Counted from the first letter of the stretch, positions 17,496-28,747 are shown. The stretch is 64,000 bases of DNA from Alphaproteobacteria bacterium (GCA_964291395.2 OZ219856.1:2528001-2592000), one strand, 5' to 3'. Numbers and translations: made by a program. Notes: generated by a model not told the origin, from the sequence alone.

Positions 17496-18893
17496 CTACA
17501 ACCTCATCAGCCCACCGAGCTCGCGCACGTCGCCCAGGTCTTCCAAGTGACGCACGGCGTGCATGATTGCTTCGGCGCGGTCATTGCTCACGGGACGTGC
17601 CGCGAAGGCGCAACAGCGGCGGAACTTTTCCGTAATCTCGTCCGCCGTCATCGGCCGAGAGGGGTGACCTTTCAACACGTCGATCTGCCGCTCCAGAGTT
17701 CGGCCGTCCTTCATCCTGAGCCGAAGGCCTTGGGGGGCGAGCGGCACCGGATCGTCGACGCCGGGGATCGGACTGATTTGTATCCGCCGAGCCAACGCAT
17801 CCACCTCGGGGTCGGCGACCCGTTCCCCGGTAAAATCCTCCAATAGGAGCTCCCGGCGCAACAGGCACACGGCCACGCAATAGGCCGCGCTGGCTATCGC
17901 CTCTACCACCGGATGTCCGTCGGCTTGCGCCCACGGCTTTCCCGACAGGCTGAAGGCGTTGGGCACGAGGAAGGCTTCGACGCTCGCGACCTCGTCGACG
18001 TGGATATCGTGCTCCTCGGCTAGTGTCAGAGCCGCCTCCACCGCGCCGTGGGTGTCGCGGGCGCTTGGCCAGGGCTTGATGGCGAGGTCCAAAAGTTCGA
18101 ACCGTACGCCGAGTTCCGTCGTGAGGTTCGCCGGCTCGTAGTCGCCCCCCTCATAGAGGTTGTAGTAGCCGAGCCGGCCTTCGAGCCAGTTGTGCGCTCC
18201 CGTGAGGCCGTGGCGCGCCAGCGTCGCCGAGATGACGCCGTTCCTCGCGGCGAAGCCCGCGTGGAAGCGCTTGATGGTCGCCCCTTCGATGAGCGGTTGC
18301 ATGTTGGACGCACACTGGCTGTAGGCGATGCCGCAGGCATCCAGCACCCCCTCGAACGGCAGTTCCACGAGGCGCGCGGCTGCGGACGCGGCAGCCATGC
18401 CGGCGCAGGTGCCCGTCGGCAGAAACTCCTGCCCCCGCCGCCGGGCGTGGCCCATGCGGCAGAGCAATTCCGCACCAACGGCCACGGCGGTGATGAGATC
18501 CCGTCCCGAGTGACCGCCCCCGACCTCGGCCACGGCGAGCACTGCCGGCAGGACCGACGGCTGCGTGTGCAGCATCCCGTCGTCGAGGGTATCATCGAAG
18601 TCGCGCGCCGTTGCCATCGCACCGTTAATCATCGCCGCCCATGGGGCCGGCAGTTTTGTGCCGTGCGCGAAGAGCGTGCTCTGCGGCGTATCGCCCCACT
18701 CTTTGACGGCCGCGACCGCCTGATCGATACCCGGTGCCGTCGATCCGGCCAGCGCCACGCCGAACGAATCAAGGATCAGGTCTTTGATTTTCTCCACCAC
18801 TTCGGTCGGGAGATCGCCGAACCGCACTCCCGCCGCGTAGCGGGCGAGGACGATACCGGCATCTTCTCGGGATGTGGGGCCGGGCATGGCCAT
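17496..18893 (-). CDS. MmgE/PrpD family protein
   Basis: LILDSFGVALAG, DFDDT..HT, KPWPSARDTH, GHPSRPMT..KF; SD GGAGG. Confidence 0.9.
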   Translation of the reverse strand: MAMPGPTSREDAGIVLARYAAGVRFGDLPTEVVEKIKDLILDSFGVALAGSTAPGIDQAVAAVKEWGDTPQSTLFAHGTKLPAPWAAMINGAMATARDFDDTLDDGMLHTQPSVLPAVLAVAEVGGGHSGRDLITAVAVGAELLCRMGHARRRGQEFLPTGTCAGMAAASAAARLVELPFEGVLDACGIAYSQCASNMQPLIEGATIKRFHAGFAARNGVISATLARHGLTGAHNWLEGRLGYYNLYEGGDYEPANLTTELGVRFELLDLAIKPWPSARDTHGAVEAALTLAEEHDIHVDEVASVEAFLVPNAFSLSGKPWAQADGHPVVEAIASAAYCVAVCLLRRELLLEDFTGERVADPEVDALARRIQISPIPGVDDPVPLAPQGLRLRMKDGRTLERQIDVLKGHPSRPMTADEITEKFRRCCAFAARPVSNDRAEAIMHAVRHLEDLGDVRELGGLMRL

Positions 18894-19295
18894 GACGGAC
18901 TCTCCTCCTGGACGTATCGATGGCGTCGCCATCATGAGGTATCACGGGGGAGCACGGTCAAGGTCATCGACCCAAAGTTTGGACAGGCTTCCCGAAAACG
19001 ATTTCCCGATTGTTTCCGAGTGCGGTCCGGCGAGATACGGGCGACAGGGTCTCGGGTCGGTACGCGGTGCTGCCGTCTGCCCGAAACTCGACGGCTTCGG
19101 TCTGCGTCATCACGCATCTTCACGCCAAGTCACGCCATCTGGCGCCTCTGGCTCCAATGATTCTGTCGCCCTACACTGGTCGGCCAGAAGAGGACGGTGG
19201 CCATCGCCGTGCGCAACGTCTCCGGACGACGGCGATGATATTCCGGTCAGGAGCGCGCGCTATGCGGTATTCCGCCAGCCGGCCATGCCGTCCCT

Positions 19296-19577
19296 CTACG
19301 GATTGCCAGGCTCGACCACGATCCGCCCACGCCCGCGTCTGACGAGATAGCCGCCCCTCGGGATCGTCAAACGGCGCTGCTCGACGAGGGGCCACAGGGT
19401 GTCCACGATCAGCGCCGCGTTCTTGTCCGTCTTCTCCGCGACGCGCTGCGATGACAACCATTCCGCGAATGCCTTCTCTCCGATCTCGTTGCCGACGGAC
19501 TTGCGGAGGGCGTTGAGCTTGCGGAGCTGTCCCTTCGTCAGGGTGCTCTCGTCGATTGTGTTGGAAGGCAAGGTCAT
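19296..19577 (-). CDS. Small hypothetical protein
   Basis: 93 aa with coding-like codon usage (LTKGQLRKLNALRKSVG..RRGRGRIVVEP). Confidence 0.7.
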   Translation of the reverse strand: MTLPSNTIDESTLTKGQLRKLNALRKSVGNEIGEKAFAEWLSSQRVAEKTDKNAALIVDTLWPLVEQRRLTIPRGGYLVRRGRGRIVVEPGNP

Positions 19578-19697
19578 GGAATCCTCTCTACGATGAGAAA
19601 TATCGGAAACACAGATGTGATGGTGTTTTCGCCAATAACGTTTAGAACGCTTATGTCGGAACATCAAGCAAGATAGTCTTCGTTGAAAGCAACACTG

Positions 19698-20060
19698 TCA
19701 TTCGTTAGGTCTGTTCTGGAATTGGTCCCAGCGCCACAAGAGAGCGATAAATGTATGGTAATCCGCGTGTGCGGCTATCGTTTTCTTCGTTATGTCGAAG
19801 GTCTCCTTCAAACAACCCTCTTTCAGTATAATGATCGCCGTTTCCGGTTCAACTCCAAACCCATCCGCATCGAATATACGATGATGATTCGTACATGAAA
19901 CCAATCCGTTCTCTGCATCATCGGAACCGTTCTCATCTTTTGGAATGACGTGAGCAGCATCTGGCGAAATCTCATTTCCCCAGCCCCAAACCGTACAGAC
20001 ATCACCATAGTGCTGGGGCACCCTGGTCCTGAATTGGGGTTGTTGTTCTCGCGTCTTCAC
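19698..20060 (-). pseudogene. HNH endonuclease remnant (low GC)
   Basis: QFRTRV..YGDVCTVW, DAAHVIP, DDAENGLVSCTNHHRIFD; first CxxC degenerate and N-terminus missing. Confidence 0.65.
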
Positions 20061-20221
20061 TAATAAAAGATGAATTCGTAAGCCCGTGGTAAAATTTTGC
20101 GTCCCTCCAAGTAACAGTCAAACCAACCGGTCTCCGGCAATCCCGGGGCGGCTCGATCTTCGGATCGCTTCGTTTGCGCCATAGAGTGCGACCTCACCAT
20201 GCAAGACAACGGAGTCCAGAG

Positions 20222-21184
20222 ATGAGCCTTTCACTCAACATCGTCGCGCCGGATACGCCCGTCGATGACATTGCGGAACTGGTAACGCATGGCGGGTATG
20301 CGATCGTCGAAAATCTTGCAGTTTCTCAAGCAGCAGAAATTCGGGAAGAACTTGTGCCCCACCTGGATGCAACGCCCTACGGCGAAAATGAGTGGCTGGG
20401 GACCCATACCAAACGCTGCGGCGGTATCCTCAGAAAGTCGAAAGGAGCGCGAAGTCTAGCAATTCATCCCACGGTTCTGGCGTTGGCGGACCATGTCCTG
20501 CTTCCGAACTGTGCGCGATACCAAATCAACGTCGCCGGCGTCATACAGATCGAACCGGGTGAAGCCGGGCAGCCGTTGCACCGGGACACCGCGCTCTATC
20601 CCTTCAAGCACCCTTGCCCATCAATCCTGATGGCAACCATGTGGGCGATCAGCGATTTTACGGAAGCCAACGGAGGGACCCGTCTAGCCCCGGGAAGCCA
20701 CAGGTGGGAACACGACCGAGAACCGTTCGAGGACGAAGTCATCAGTGTCGAAATGCCGGCTGGTTCATTGATGATCTACTTGGGTGGCGTTTGGCACGGC
20801 GGCGGGGGAAATCGCGCGAACGCCATCCGGACGGGTCTGGCGATGCAGTACTCGGCGGGCTGGCTCCGTCAGGAAGAAAACCAATACCTCGCCAACCCAC
20901 CTGAAGTGGCGCGCGAATATCCGGAGGAGCTGCAGCGCCTTATCGGTTACGACTTTGGCGGACCCTTCCTCGGTTTCGTGGACGGCGACGACCCACACCG
21001 AATCCTCGAATTCGGCCATGACGTCCCGACGCGCCGTTCCGTCCATAGATCGCGACCAGAAATCGACGAGGCGGCCCAACGTATGTCGTTTCTTTCGCTC
21101 GGAAACGTGGAAGCTGTTCCCACGCCGCAGCGGGAAGGCCCGCGCGTAAAAACGCAGCTCGGAGGGTTCGAAGAGGCTCAATGA
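20222..21184 (+). CDS. Phytanoyl-CoA dioxygenase family protein
   Basis: QPLHRD, WAISDFTEANGGTRLAPGSH, WHGGGGN, GWLRQEENQYL. Confidence 0.92.
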   Translation: MSLSLNIVAPDTPVDDIAELVTHGGYAIVENLAVSQAAEIREELVPHLDATPYGENEWLGTHTKRCGGILRKSKGARSLAIHPTVLALADHVLLPNCARYQINVAGVIQIEPGEAGQPLHRDTALYPFKHPCPSILMATMWAISDFTEANGGTRLAPGSHRWEHDREPFEDEVISVEMPAGSLMIYLGGVWHGGGGNRANAIRTGLAMQYSAGWLRQEENQYLANPPEVAREYPEELQRLIGYDFGGPFLGFVDGDDPHRILEFGHDVPTRRSVHRSRPEIDEAAQRMSFLSLGNVEAVPTPQREGPRVKTQLGGFEEAQ

Positions 21185-21480
21185 CCGTCCGACATCAGCG
21201 CTTTCTGCAGAAAAGAGGAGTTTTCCATAGCGGGAATTTGCGGCTCATCGTAGCGACCGAAGGGAACGAAGGTTCGGATTTGCTCCACGATTGGCGTTCG
21301 GACCGTCGGAGCAATGCGCAAGCTGAAATCGATCCTGGCTTCACTCATGTTTGGATTGTGGGGGAAGCTCTTCTAGATCCAAGCCTCGTTGAATAATTCC
21401 GTACCGATGCGCCCGGCTGTATGATATTTCGGTCTGCATAAGCGAGACGGCTTGCCCTGCTTGAATAATCCTGTCCTGGA

Positions 21481-22308
21481 ATGAAGGCTATTCCGACATC
21501 CGGCGCGTTGGGCGCCGAAATCCAAGGCGTGGATCTCGCGTCAGATCTGAGCGACGAAACCGTTCTCGAGATTCGCAAGGCGCTGCTGGAGCATGGGGTA
21601 GTGTTTTTTCGCGATCAGCATCTTGATGCCGAGGTCCACAAACGTTTGGCTCGCCGTTTCGGCGAGATTTTCATCCATCCTTTTTTCGTCGCTGGTGATG
21701 ACCCCGAGATCATGGTCATCCACCGTAAGCCGGATGACACCAGTATTGTCGGCTTCGAGTGGCATAGCGATACGACGATGGCGGCCGAGCCGCCCATGGG
21801 CTCCATCCTTTATGCCATCAAGGCACCACCCGTTGGCGGCGACACCTTGTTCGCCAACCAATACGTCGCATATGAGCGCCTGTCGGACGGCATGAAGGAC
21901 ATGCTCGATGGTCTGCGGGCGGTGCACAGCGACAGGCGCGTCGCCGGACCCAACAGTGGGCGCAATTCCGGGCGCACGACCAAGGCGCGTGATGATTCAG
22001 ATTGGTGCGAAACCATGACTCTACATCCTGTCGTCCGCACCCATCCGGAAACCGGCCGAAAGTGCCTGTACGTCAATCATTCCTATACAGTCGGCTTCGA
22101 AAGCATGACCGAAGGCGAGAGCAAGCCACTCCTGGATTGGCTGATGGAATGGGGCCATCGCCCGGAGTTCACGTGCCGCTTCCGATGGCATGACGGGTCG
22201 GTTGCTTTCTGGGATAACCGCTGCACAAAGCATCTCGCCGTGAACGATGTCGTCGGACATGAGCGGATCATGCGCCGCGTCCAAATCGCCGGGGACAAAC
22301 CCGTCTGA
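21481..22308 (+). CDS. TauD/TfdA family 2OG dioxygenase
   Basis: WHSDTT, GGDTLFAN, HPVVRTHPETGRK, FWDNRCTKH. Confidence 0.93.
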   Translation: MKAIPTSGALGAEIQGVDLASDLSDETVLEIRKALLEHGVVFFRDQHLDAEVHKRLARRFGEIFIHPFFVAGDDPEIMVIHRKPDDTSIVGFEWHSDTTMAAEPPMGSILYAIKAPPVGGDTLFANQYVAYERLSDGMKDMLDGLRAVHSDRRVAGPNSGRNSGRTTKARDDSDWCETMTLHPVVRTHPETGRKCLYVNHSYTVGFESMTEGESKPLLDWLMEWGHRPEFTCRFRWHDGSVAFWDNRCTKHLAVNDVVGHERIMRRVQIAGDKPV

Positions 22309-22611
22309 TTCGGACTTTTGGGATCGGCGACCGGCCTGAGCGGGTTGCAACCGCCGGGCATGCGCTTCCGCGGCCAGAGCTTGCGCGCCTTGCGAAGCGC
22401 CTGCTCGACATCGAACGGGAACCCGTGCCTCCGGATCTCCGCATGGACCATCGCGAAGTCTTCGAAGGGCTTCACTGAAGCGACCCCGACCATGAAGCCG
22501 GTCAGCCCGATAGGGGGCAAAGCAGGGTTCGTGGAAGGCCGCGTGCCGCCTGGCGTACGTTTGACTTGAGCAGACCGCCGCCCTGCTTCATCGACGGACC
22601 TCTCGGTGGCA

Positions 22612-23181
22612 CTATCCGTCGGCCGGTCGGATGTGTTCGAGCTTATTCGTCCAATGACGGGGCAACCCGTGTGCACGGGCACCCTCGCGCAAGAGGGTAA
22701 TGTAGCGAAGGGATGGGTTCCCGTCGGTTTCCTTGCCCTGTGCGACGTAGGCGACCACCTCGATGGGGCGTTTGTCGGCATCCTCGGCACCCAGCCACAG
22801 CTGGCGATAGGCCCCTCCGGGGACGCCTTCGGTACTGTCCAGCCGGACAAGATCGTGTCTGGTAATCCGGTATATCACCCCCCAAACCTCTTCGCCTGAA
22901 CATGGCTCGATATTCGCCGGTGCAGCCTTGCCCCGTGGCCGTCCTTCCAGGTTGAAGCGCAAACGGTAGTCTTTGATCCGACCGACGCGCCATTCGAGAG
23001 GACGCATACGGCGGCGACCGTGGAACACGCTTTCGTGCATGTTGGCTCCGAAGGCGAAATACCAGACCCCGTCGTCCGGAGGGCCGGCGAGCGACAATCC
23101 GTGGAAGCGATACCAGAGCTTCGACAACCACCAGGACTGGGCGATGGTGCGTCGCAAGGAGCGCTTCAGCATCGGGAACAT
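22612..23181 (-). CDS. Gamma-glutamylcyclotransferase family protein
   Basis: WYFAFGANM, VWGVIY, LDSTEG, PSLRY..GARAHGLP. Confidence 0.85.
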   Translation of the reverse strand: MFPMLKRSLRRTIAQSWWLSKLWYRFHGLSLAGPPDDGVWYFAFGANMHESVFHGRRRMRPLEWRVGRIKDYRLRFNLEGRPRGKAAPANIEPCSGEEVWGVIYRITRHDLVRLDSTEGVPGGAYRQLWLGAEDADKRPIEVVAYVAQGKETDGNPSLRYITLLREGARAHGLPRHWTNKLEHIRPADG

Positions 23182-23522
23182 CTCACACCCGTTTCCTCTT
23201 CGACACGCCGGAGAAGCCGGACCGCGAAAACCCGGCCAATAGGGCGGCACAGGCGCCTACGGCCAAGGCAACCGACGGGCCCAAAAGGCAGCACTGTCCG
23301 ATCGAGCCATAGCTTCCACAGATTTCGTGCGGTTCACAGGGGTCATGGCCCGTCGCCGAACGACAGCTTACGGGCGCATCCGATCCGGAATCGCTCCAGG
23401 CGCGCCTGCGGGACGACTGAGGCGCCCCTCGAAGCCGCCACCGGTCATGGCCGCAATTGAATCGAAATTTGCTTCAGGAACGGTCACACTTCCGTCAGTC
23501 TCACTCAACCATGGAGGATCGG

Positions 23523-23849
23523 ATGATCGTCGACTATCGCGCCTATACCTTCAAGCCGGGCACCATTCCGGCGTTCTACGAAATGTTCGAGAAAGAAGGG
23601 CTCGAGCCGCAGCAGCGCATCCTTGGCAATTTCATCGGGATGTATCGAACCGAGGTCGGCAACGTGAACGAGGTCATCCACATGTGGGGATATGAGGATG
23701 CGCTCGAACGGGATCAACGCCGGGCCGAGCTCTACAAGGATCCCGTGTTCGCCGACTACGTCGTACGCGCCCGCGAGCTGATCACGGCCCAGGACGTCCG
23801 CACGCTGATCCCCGCACCCTTCAATCCGAAGCGGGCCGCAGTCACTTGA
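23523..23849 (+). CDS. NIPSNAP family protein
   Basis: DYRAYTFKPG, TEVGNVNEVIHMWGY; SD GGAGG. Confidence 0.88.
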   Translation: MIVDYRAYTFKPGTIPAFYEMFEKEGLEPQQRILGNFIGMYRTEVGNVNEVIHMWGYEDALERDQRRAELYKDPVFADYVVRARELITAQDVRTLIPAPFNPKRAAVT

Positions 23850-24024
23850 CCTCACGCTTTACGGCCAAGGGCATGCCCGTCGCGACGGAAGCCGTCAAGG
23901 CCGCGGTTCTCAGCCTCATTCGAGTCCTCGGGCCAGCCACATGATGACGTCCGGCCGCAAGGAAGCCGGTGGCAAAGTCAGGAGGAACCTGGTGCATGTG
24001 ACGATATGAAAGGGGAGCACCGAT

Positions 24025-25398
24025 ATGTCGAAGGAGCACGGCACCGCTGCCGAGACTCAGGAATATCTGGAACGCTATATGGCAGGCCTCGAGAGAAGAA
24101 ACCCGGGAGAGCTGGAATTTCATCAGGCGGTCTACGAGGTGGCGTCAACCATATTCCCCTTCATTGCCGACAAGCCGCAGTACCATGAGAACCAGATCCT
24201 GGAGCGCATGGCCGAGCCGGACCGTGTCGTGCACTTCCGGGTTCCCTGGACGGACGACGAAGGCAATGTACGAACCAACCGGGGGTTCCGAGTCCAGTTC
24301 AACAGCGCGATTGGACCCTACAAGGGCGGCCTCCGTTTCCATCCGAGTGTCAACTTGAGCATCTTGAAGTTCCTCGGCTACGAGCAGACCTTCAAGAACA
24401 GCCTCACCGGCCTGCCGATGGGCGGCGCCAAGGGCGGCGCCAACTTCAATCCCAAGGGCAAATCCGACAACGAGGTCATGCGCTTCTGTCAATCCTTCAT
24501 CACCGAACTCTACCGCCACATCGGCGAAGACACGGATGTGCCTGCCGGCGACATCGGGGTTGGCGCCCGCGAAATCGGTTACATGTTCGGCCAGTACAAA
24601 CGCATCACAAACCGTTTTGTCGGCGTGCTGACGGGCAAGGGCCTCGAATTCGGAGGCTCGAAGATGCGCACCGAAGCGACCGGTTACGGCGCCATGTTCT
24701 TCCTGCGCAGCATGCTCGAACACGGCGGCGGCGGCATGGAAGGTATGCGGATATCGATTTCGGGCTCAGGTAATGTCGCAATCCACGCGGCGGAGAAGGC
24801 TCTTCAGCTTGGCGGAAAGCCACTTACCCTGTCGGATTCGGGAGGTTTCATATATTGCGCGGACGGCCTCACCCAGGAGCAGATCGATTGGATCAAGGAT
24901 CTCAAGAATGTGCGGCGAGGACGCATCTCGGAAGTTGCCCATGAGTTCAAAAGTATCGAGTTTCACGAGGGGAAACGCCCCTGGGGCGTGGAAGTCGACT
25001 GCGCCATGCCGTCCGCGACGCAGAACGAACTCAACGGCAGGGAGGCCGCGGTGCTGATCGAGAATGGCGTGAAGGTCGTTGCCGAAGCCGCCAACATGCC
25101 ATGTGAACAGGCCGCGGTGGATGCCTTTATCGAGGCCGGCGTGTTGTTCGGTCCGGCCAAGGCGGTCAATGCCGGCGGCGTCGGGGTTTCAGGTTTGGAA
25201 ATGAGCCAGAACAGCGCGCGCATTACGTGGGACGAAAAACATCTTCGCGACCTGCTCGAAAACATGATGCGCGACATCCATGACAGCTGTGTCCAATACG
25301 GAACCCGGAAAACCGGACCGGTGAACTATCGCGCCGGCGCCAACATCGCGGGGTTTGTGAAGGTCGCCGACGCCATGCTGTCTTACGGTCACGTATGA
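24025..25398 (+). CDS. gdhA: NADP-specific glutamate dehydrogenase
   Basis: EFHQAV, GPYKGGLRFHPSVN, GGAKGG, DVPAGDIGVG, SGSGNVA, GANIAGFVKVADAM. Confidence 0.96.
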   Translation: MSKEHGTAAETQEYLERYMAGLERRNPGELEFHQAVYEVASTIFPFIADKPQYHENQILERMAEPDRVVHFRVPWTDDEGNVRTNRGFRVQFNSAIGPYKGGLRFHPSVNLSILKFLGYEQTFKNSLTGLPMGGAKGGANFNPKGKSDNEVMRFCQSFITELYRHIGEDTDVPAGDIGVGAREIGYMFGQYKRITNRFVGVLTGKGLEFGGSKMRTEATGYGAMFFLRSMLEHGGGGMEGMRISISGSGNVAIHAAEKALQLGGKPLTLSDSGGFIYCADGLTQEQIDWIKDLKNVRRGRISEVAHEFKSIEFHEGKRPWGVEVDCAMPSATQNELNGREAAVLIENGVKVVAEAANMPCEQAAVDAFIEAGVLFGPAKAVNAGGVGVSGLEMSQNSARITWDEKHLRDLLENMMRDIHDSCVQYGTRKTGPVNYRAGANIAGFVKVADAMLSYGHV

Positions 25399-25498
25399 AC
25401 CTTCCTGTTTGCGGCCTACACGAGCATTGCTCCCCGATATGCGCATCCGTCATGGCCTCGGAGCGTTCGGGAAGTAGCCGCATCACGGATGGCAGTGT

Positions 25499-26980
25499 CT
25501 AGCGGGTCGAAGTCGCCTCCTTCAGAGAGTCCTGGAGATCGTAACTGGCCAGCATGCGCTCCACCATCCCCATGGCGCGGTCCCAATCGTAGGAGTCGAA
25601 GGCCATGGTCTGGTTCATGAAATTCGGGGCGGCGTAGAACATCTCGTACGTAGTGTGGCGCGACCCGAACTCGGATCCGATAGCATCCCAGGCAAGCTTA
25701 AGCACCTTCACGCGGTCCTCCGGAGAGTAAACGGAGGATTTCTGCGTCTTGTGGATGAGGTCGGCGAGTTCAGGATTGGCGAAGTCGCGCACGTCCGAGG
25801 GCAGCATGATCAAACCACCCCCCGCCAACTCCCGTATGGTCGTGATCACCTTTGGGTAAAGCTGCTGAGCCAGGACGAGGGCGGAAATCACCGCGTTGCG
25901 CGTCGGCGCGAGGTAGGATCCGACCTGGCGCGCGCCGGCCTCCATGCCGTGGACCAACGCCTCGATCATCTGGGTTTCCGACGTGAGCTGACCGAGCTTT
26001 TCACGAACCTGGGGGAAATTCACGATACCCGTGGTCTCGGCGACCATGCGGGCGACACCGGCCAAGAACCGCATCTTCACCATCAAGCGGATCATCGACT
26101 GATAGTTCTGCATCGCGTGCCCCGGTGCCGTATGGAACAGAGCGCGGCAGACCTCGGGATCACGTAAAGCAAAAACCCGCTCCCACGGCACCTTGACCTC
26201 ATCGAAATAGAGAATCGCATCATTCTCGTCGAACCGCGAAGAGAGGGGATTGTCGAAAACGGATGCCGCGTTTTCCTCATAGGACCGGCGGCACATCTGT
26301 TTCAGGCCCTTCGCGTTCATCGGCACGGCGAACGTGACGGCGTAGCGCTCCTCCCCCTCCTGAAGGGGCATCAGGCTGGCCACCAGCACCTCGTTGCACA
26401 TGGCGGTGGCAGTGCCGAGCATCTTGGCGCCCTTCACGACAATACCTTCGCTGTCCTCATCGACGATGGCCACGGTGTGGAATTCATCACCCTGATCGGA
26501 TGTCGCCTTCGAGCGGTCGCCCTGCGGATTGACGATGACGTACGTGACGTAATGATCGTTGTCCCGGACAAAGGCGAAGTAGTCGCGAAGGGCGGCGGCG
26601 CGGTTGGGGTCGTGCGCCTCGAGGAGATCGATCCCCATCATGAACCCGACCAGCGTGGAAGCGACGTGGTCCGGCGCCCGGCCCATGAACCCAAAATGCA
26701 CCTCGTTCCAGGCTTCGATGGCTCGGCGACGTTTCGCCAGTTCCTCGTAGCACGTGGGCAGTCGCCATTGCAGGTTGACGCGGTCGCCTGTCGCGGGAGA
26801 GGTGAACGTCATACGCTCGACGTTGTCGCCAGCCGCCTGAAAATCGTAGAGCGATGCGATCGACCGCGTTGAATTGCGGAATGCCCGATGGGTCGTCACG
26901 TCGTCGACGAGTTCACCGTTGATGTAAATCTCCCGGCCGTCGCGCAGCGCCTCGAGATGCTGGGTTCCGTCCTTCGGCAC
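25499..26980 (-). CDS. 4-hydroxyphenylacetate 3-hydroxylase family oxygenase component
   Basis: LRDGREIYINGE, GRAPDH, VNPQGDR, RFDEND, SEFGSRHTTYEMFY; GTG start. Confidence 0.9.
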   Translation of the reverse strand: MPKDGTQHLEALRDGREIYINGELVDDVTTHRAFRNSTRSIASLYDFQAAGDNVERMTFTSPATGDRVNLQWRLPTCYEELAKRRRAIEAWNEVHFGFMGRAPDHVASTLVGFMMGIDLLEAHDPNRAAALRDYFAFVRDNDHYVTYVIVNPQGDRSKATSDQGDEFHTVAIVDEDSEGIVVKGAKMLGTATAMCNEVLVASLMPLQEGEERYAVTFAVPMNAKGLKQMCRRSYEENAASVFDNPLSSRFDENDAILYFDEVKVPWERVFALRDPEVCRALFHTAPGHAMQNYQSMIRLMVKMRFLAGVARMVAETTGIVNFPQVREKLGQLTSETQMIEALVHGMEAGARQVGSYLAPTRNAVISALVLAQQLYPKVITTIRELAGGGLIMLPSDVRDFANPELADLIHKTQKSSVYSPEDRVKVLKLAWDAIGSEFGSRHTTYEMFYAAPNFMNQTMAFDSYDWDRAMGMVERMLASYDLQDSLKEATSTR

Positions 26981-27224
26981 GATAATTCTTCCTGTTGACT
27001 GTGGCTCGGCGCTGAACGTTGGTTCCCATGGTTCAAAAGAAAGACGAATTCCGCTTACCGACCGGCGGCTCGCGTTCCAGCGCATCGGAAACTATGCCAA
27101 TGTTGCTGAACGTGAGCCAGACAGCATCCAGTACACCGACGGCTATTTGCACCGTCAACGAGCACGGCGCGTGCTCGGCGGTCGAGCACAGAGGAGCCGC
27201 TTTACCCGGCGCCGAGGTCACACC

Positions 27225-27321
27225 CATGCCGAAGGCTGTCGGTCGCCTGTCGAACGCCCTGCCAGACGACTCCGTCTCCCAACCCGATTACGACAGAACT
27301 GGAGTCCGCACGTGCCGATAG
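27225..27321 (+). pseudogene. Possible N-terminal scrap of mannitol dehydrogenase family gene
   Basis: RLSNALPDDSVSQPDYDRTGV resembles the family N-terminus, then stop. Confidence 0.3.
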
Positions 27322-27334
27322 CCCCCGCCTACCC

Positions 27335-28747
27335 ATGATCCTTCGAGTCGAAGACAAGACGTTCGATGCCTCGGTTCCAATCGTCATCGTTGGTGCCGGA
27401 GCGTGCGGCATTTGCGCGGCGCTGACGGCGAAGGAGAACGGCGTGGAGTCCCTGGTGCTGGAGCGGGACGAGACGCCTACAGGCTCATCCGCGCTATCCA
27501 CCTGTTTGATTCCCGCGGCCGGCACGAGGCTGCAACGCGTAGAGGGCGTGGAGGACTCGGTCGACAGGTTCGCCGCCGACTTGATTGCCAAAGCCAAGGA
27601 TCAGAACGATCCCGAAATGGCGCGCTGGGTGGCGGAAGCATCCGGTCCAACCGTCGATTGGCTGGTGGACACGGTGGGACTGCCGCTGTCCCTGGTGAAA
27701 GGTTTCAAGTATCCGGGGCATTCCACTTACCGCATGCACGGTTCACCCAATCGGACCGGCAGCGAGCTCATGGCCGCACTGACCGGAGCGGCTGCCCGAG
27801 AGAACATCGACATTGCGACCTCGGCACATGTAACCGGCCTCTTCGCCAACGAAGCAGGGCACGTTCGCGGAGTCCGCGCCACACGGCCCGACGGCGCGAT
27901 CGAAGACATCGGTTGCGGCGCCCTCATCCTCGCCTGCAGCGGCTATGGAGGGAACCCGGAGATGATCCGGGAATACGTCCCGGAGATGGCGGATGCGATC
28001 TACTTCGGACACGCGGGCAATCAGGGCGACGCCGTCCTCTGGGGAAGGGAACTCGACGCGGCAACGGCCGACCTTGGCTCCTATCAAGGTCACGGGGCGG
28101 TGACGCATCCTCACGGCACACTGGTTTTTTGGGGCGTGCTGACCGAAGGTGGATTTCAGGTGAATCTCCAGGGCAAGCGCTTCTCGAACGAGGTGCGCGG
28201 CTACTCGGAACAGGCCGTGGAAGTAATCGACCAGCCGGATCATGTCGTCTGGGAAATCTGGGACCACGAAGGTCATGAACTGGGTCTTGCCTTCCAGGAC
28301 TATCGAGAAGGCGTGGAGATGGGTGCGATACGAGAGGCAGGGTCGCTCGAGGAGATCGTGGAGCAGAGCGGCCTGCCCTTCGACGCGCTGAGCGAGACAT
28401 TCGAGGACGTCGCCGCCTGCATTCGGCGCGGCAGGAAAGATGATTGGGGCCGGGAGTGGCGAGGTGTCGAGCCGCTGGAACCGCCCTTTCACTTTGCGCG
28501 GGTAACGGGCGCTCTGTTCCACACCCAGGGCGGGCTCGTGGTCGACGGCAAGGCCCGAGTTCTGCGGGAGGACGGCACACCGCTTCCAAACTCGTTCGCT
28601 GGGGGCGGCGCGGCCCGCGGTCTTTCCGGTCCGTCACGCTGGGGATATCTTTCAGGCAACGGACTGCTGACGGCGACCGTGCTCGGACGGGTCGCCGGGA
28701 GGGAGGCGGCAAGGTTGGTCGAAGGACGGCATTGCCGGCTCGGCTGA
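27335..28747 (+). CDS. FAD-binding dehydrogenase (flavocytochrome c/FAD_binding_2 family)
   Basis: VGAGACG, GSSALSTC, LACSGYGGN, FHTQGGL, YLSGNGL. Confidence 0.88.
   Translation: MILRVEDKTFDASVPIVIVGAGACGICAALTAKENGVESLVLERDETPTGSSALSTCLIPAAGTRLQRVEGVEDSVDRFAADLIAKAKDQNDPEMARWVAEASGPTVDWLVDTVGLPLSLVKGFKYPGHSTYRMHGSPNRTGSELMAALTGAAARENIDIATSAHVTGLFANEAGHVRGVRATRPDGAIEDIGCGALILACSGYGGNPEMIREYVPEMADAIYFGHAGNQGDAVLWGRELDAATADLGSYQGHGAVTHPHGTLVFWGVLTEGGFQVNLQGKRFSNEVRGYSEQAVEVIDQPDHVVWEIWDHEGHELGLAFQDYREGVEMGAIREAGSLEEIVEQSGLPFDALSETFEDVAACIRRGRKDDWGREWRGVEPLEPPFHFARVTGALFHTQGGLVVDGKARVLREDGTPLPNSFAGGGAARGLSGPSRWGYLSGNGLLTATVLGRVAGREAARLVEGRHCRLG

Noticed and set aside
22310-22560. Coding-like fragment (VKPFEDFAMVHAEIRRHGFPFDVE) on the minus strand
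   Set aside because: Probably a gene remnant, but I cannot assign a family or a start
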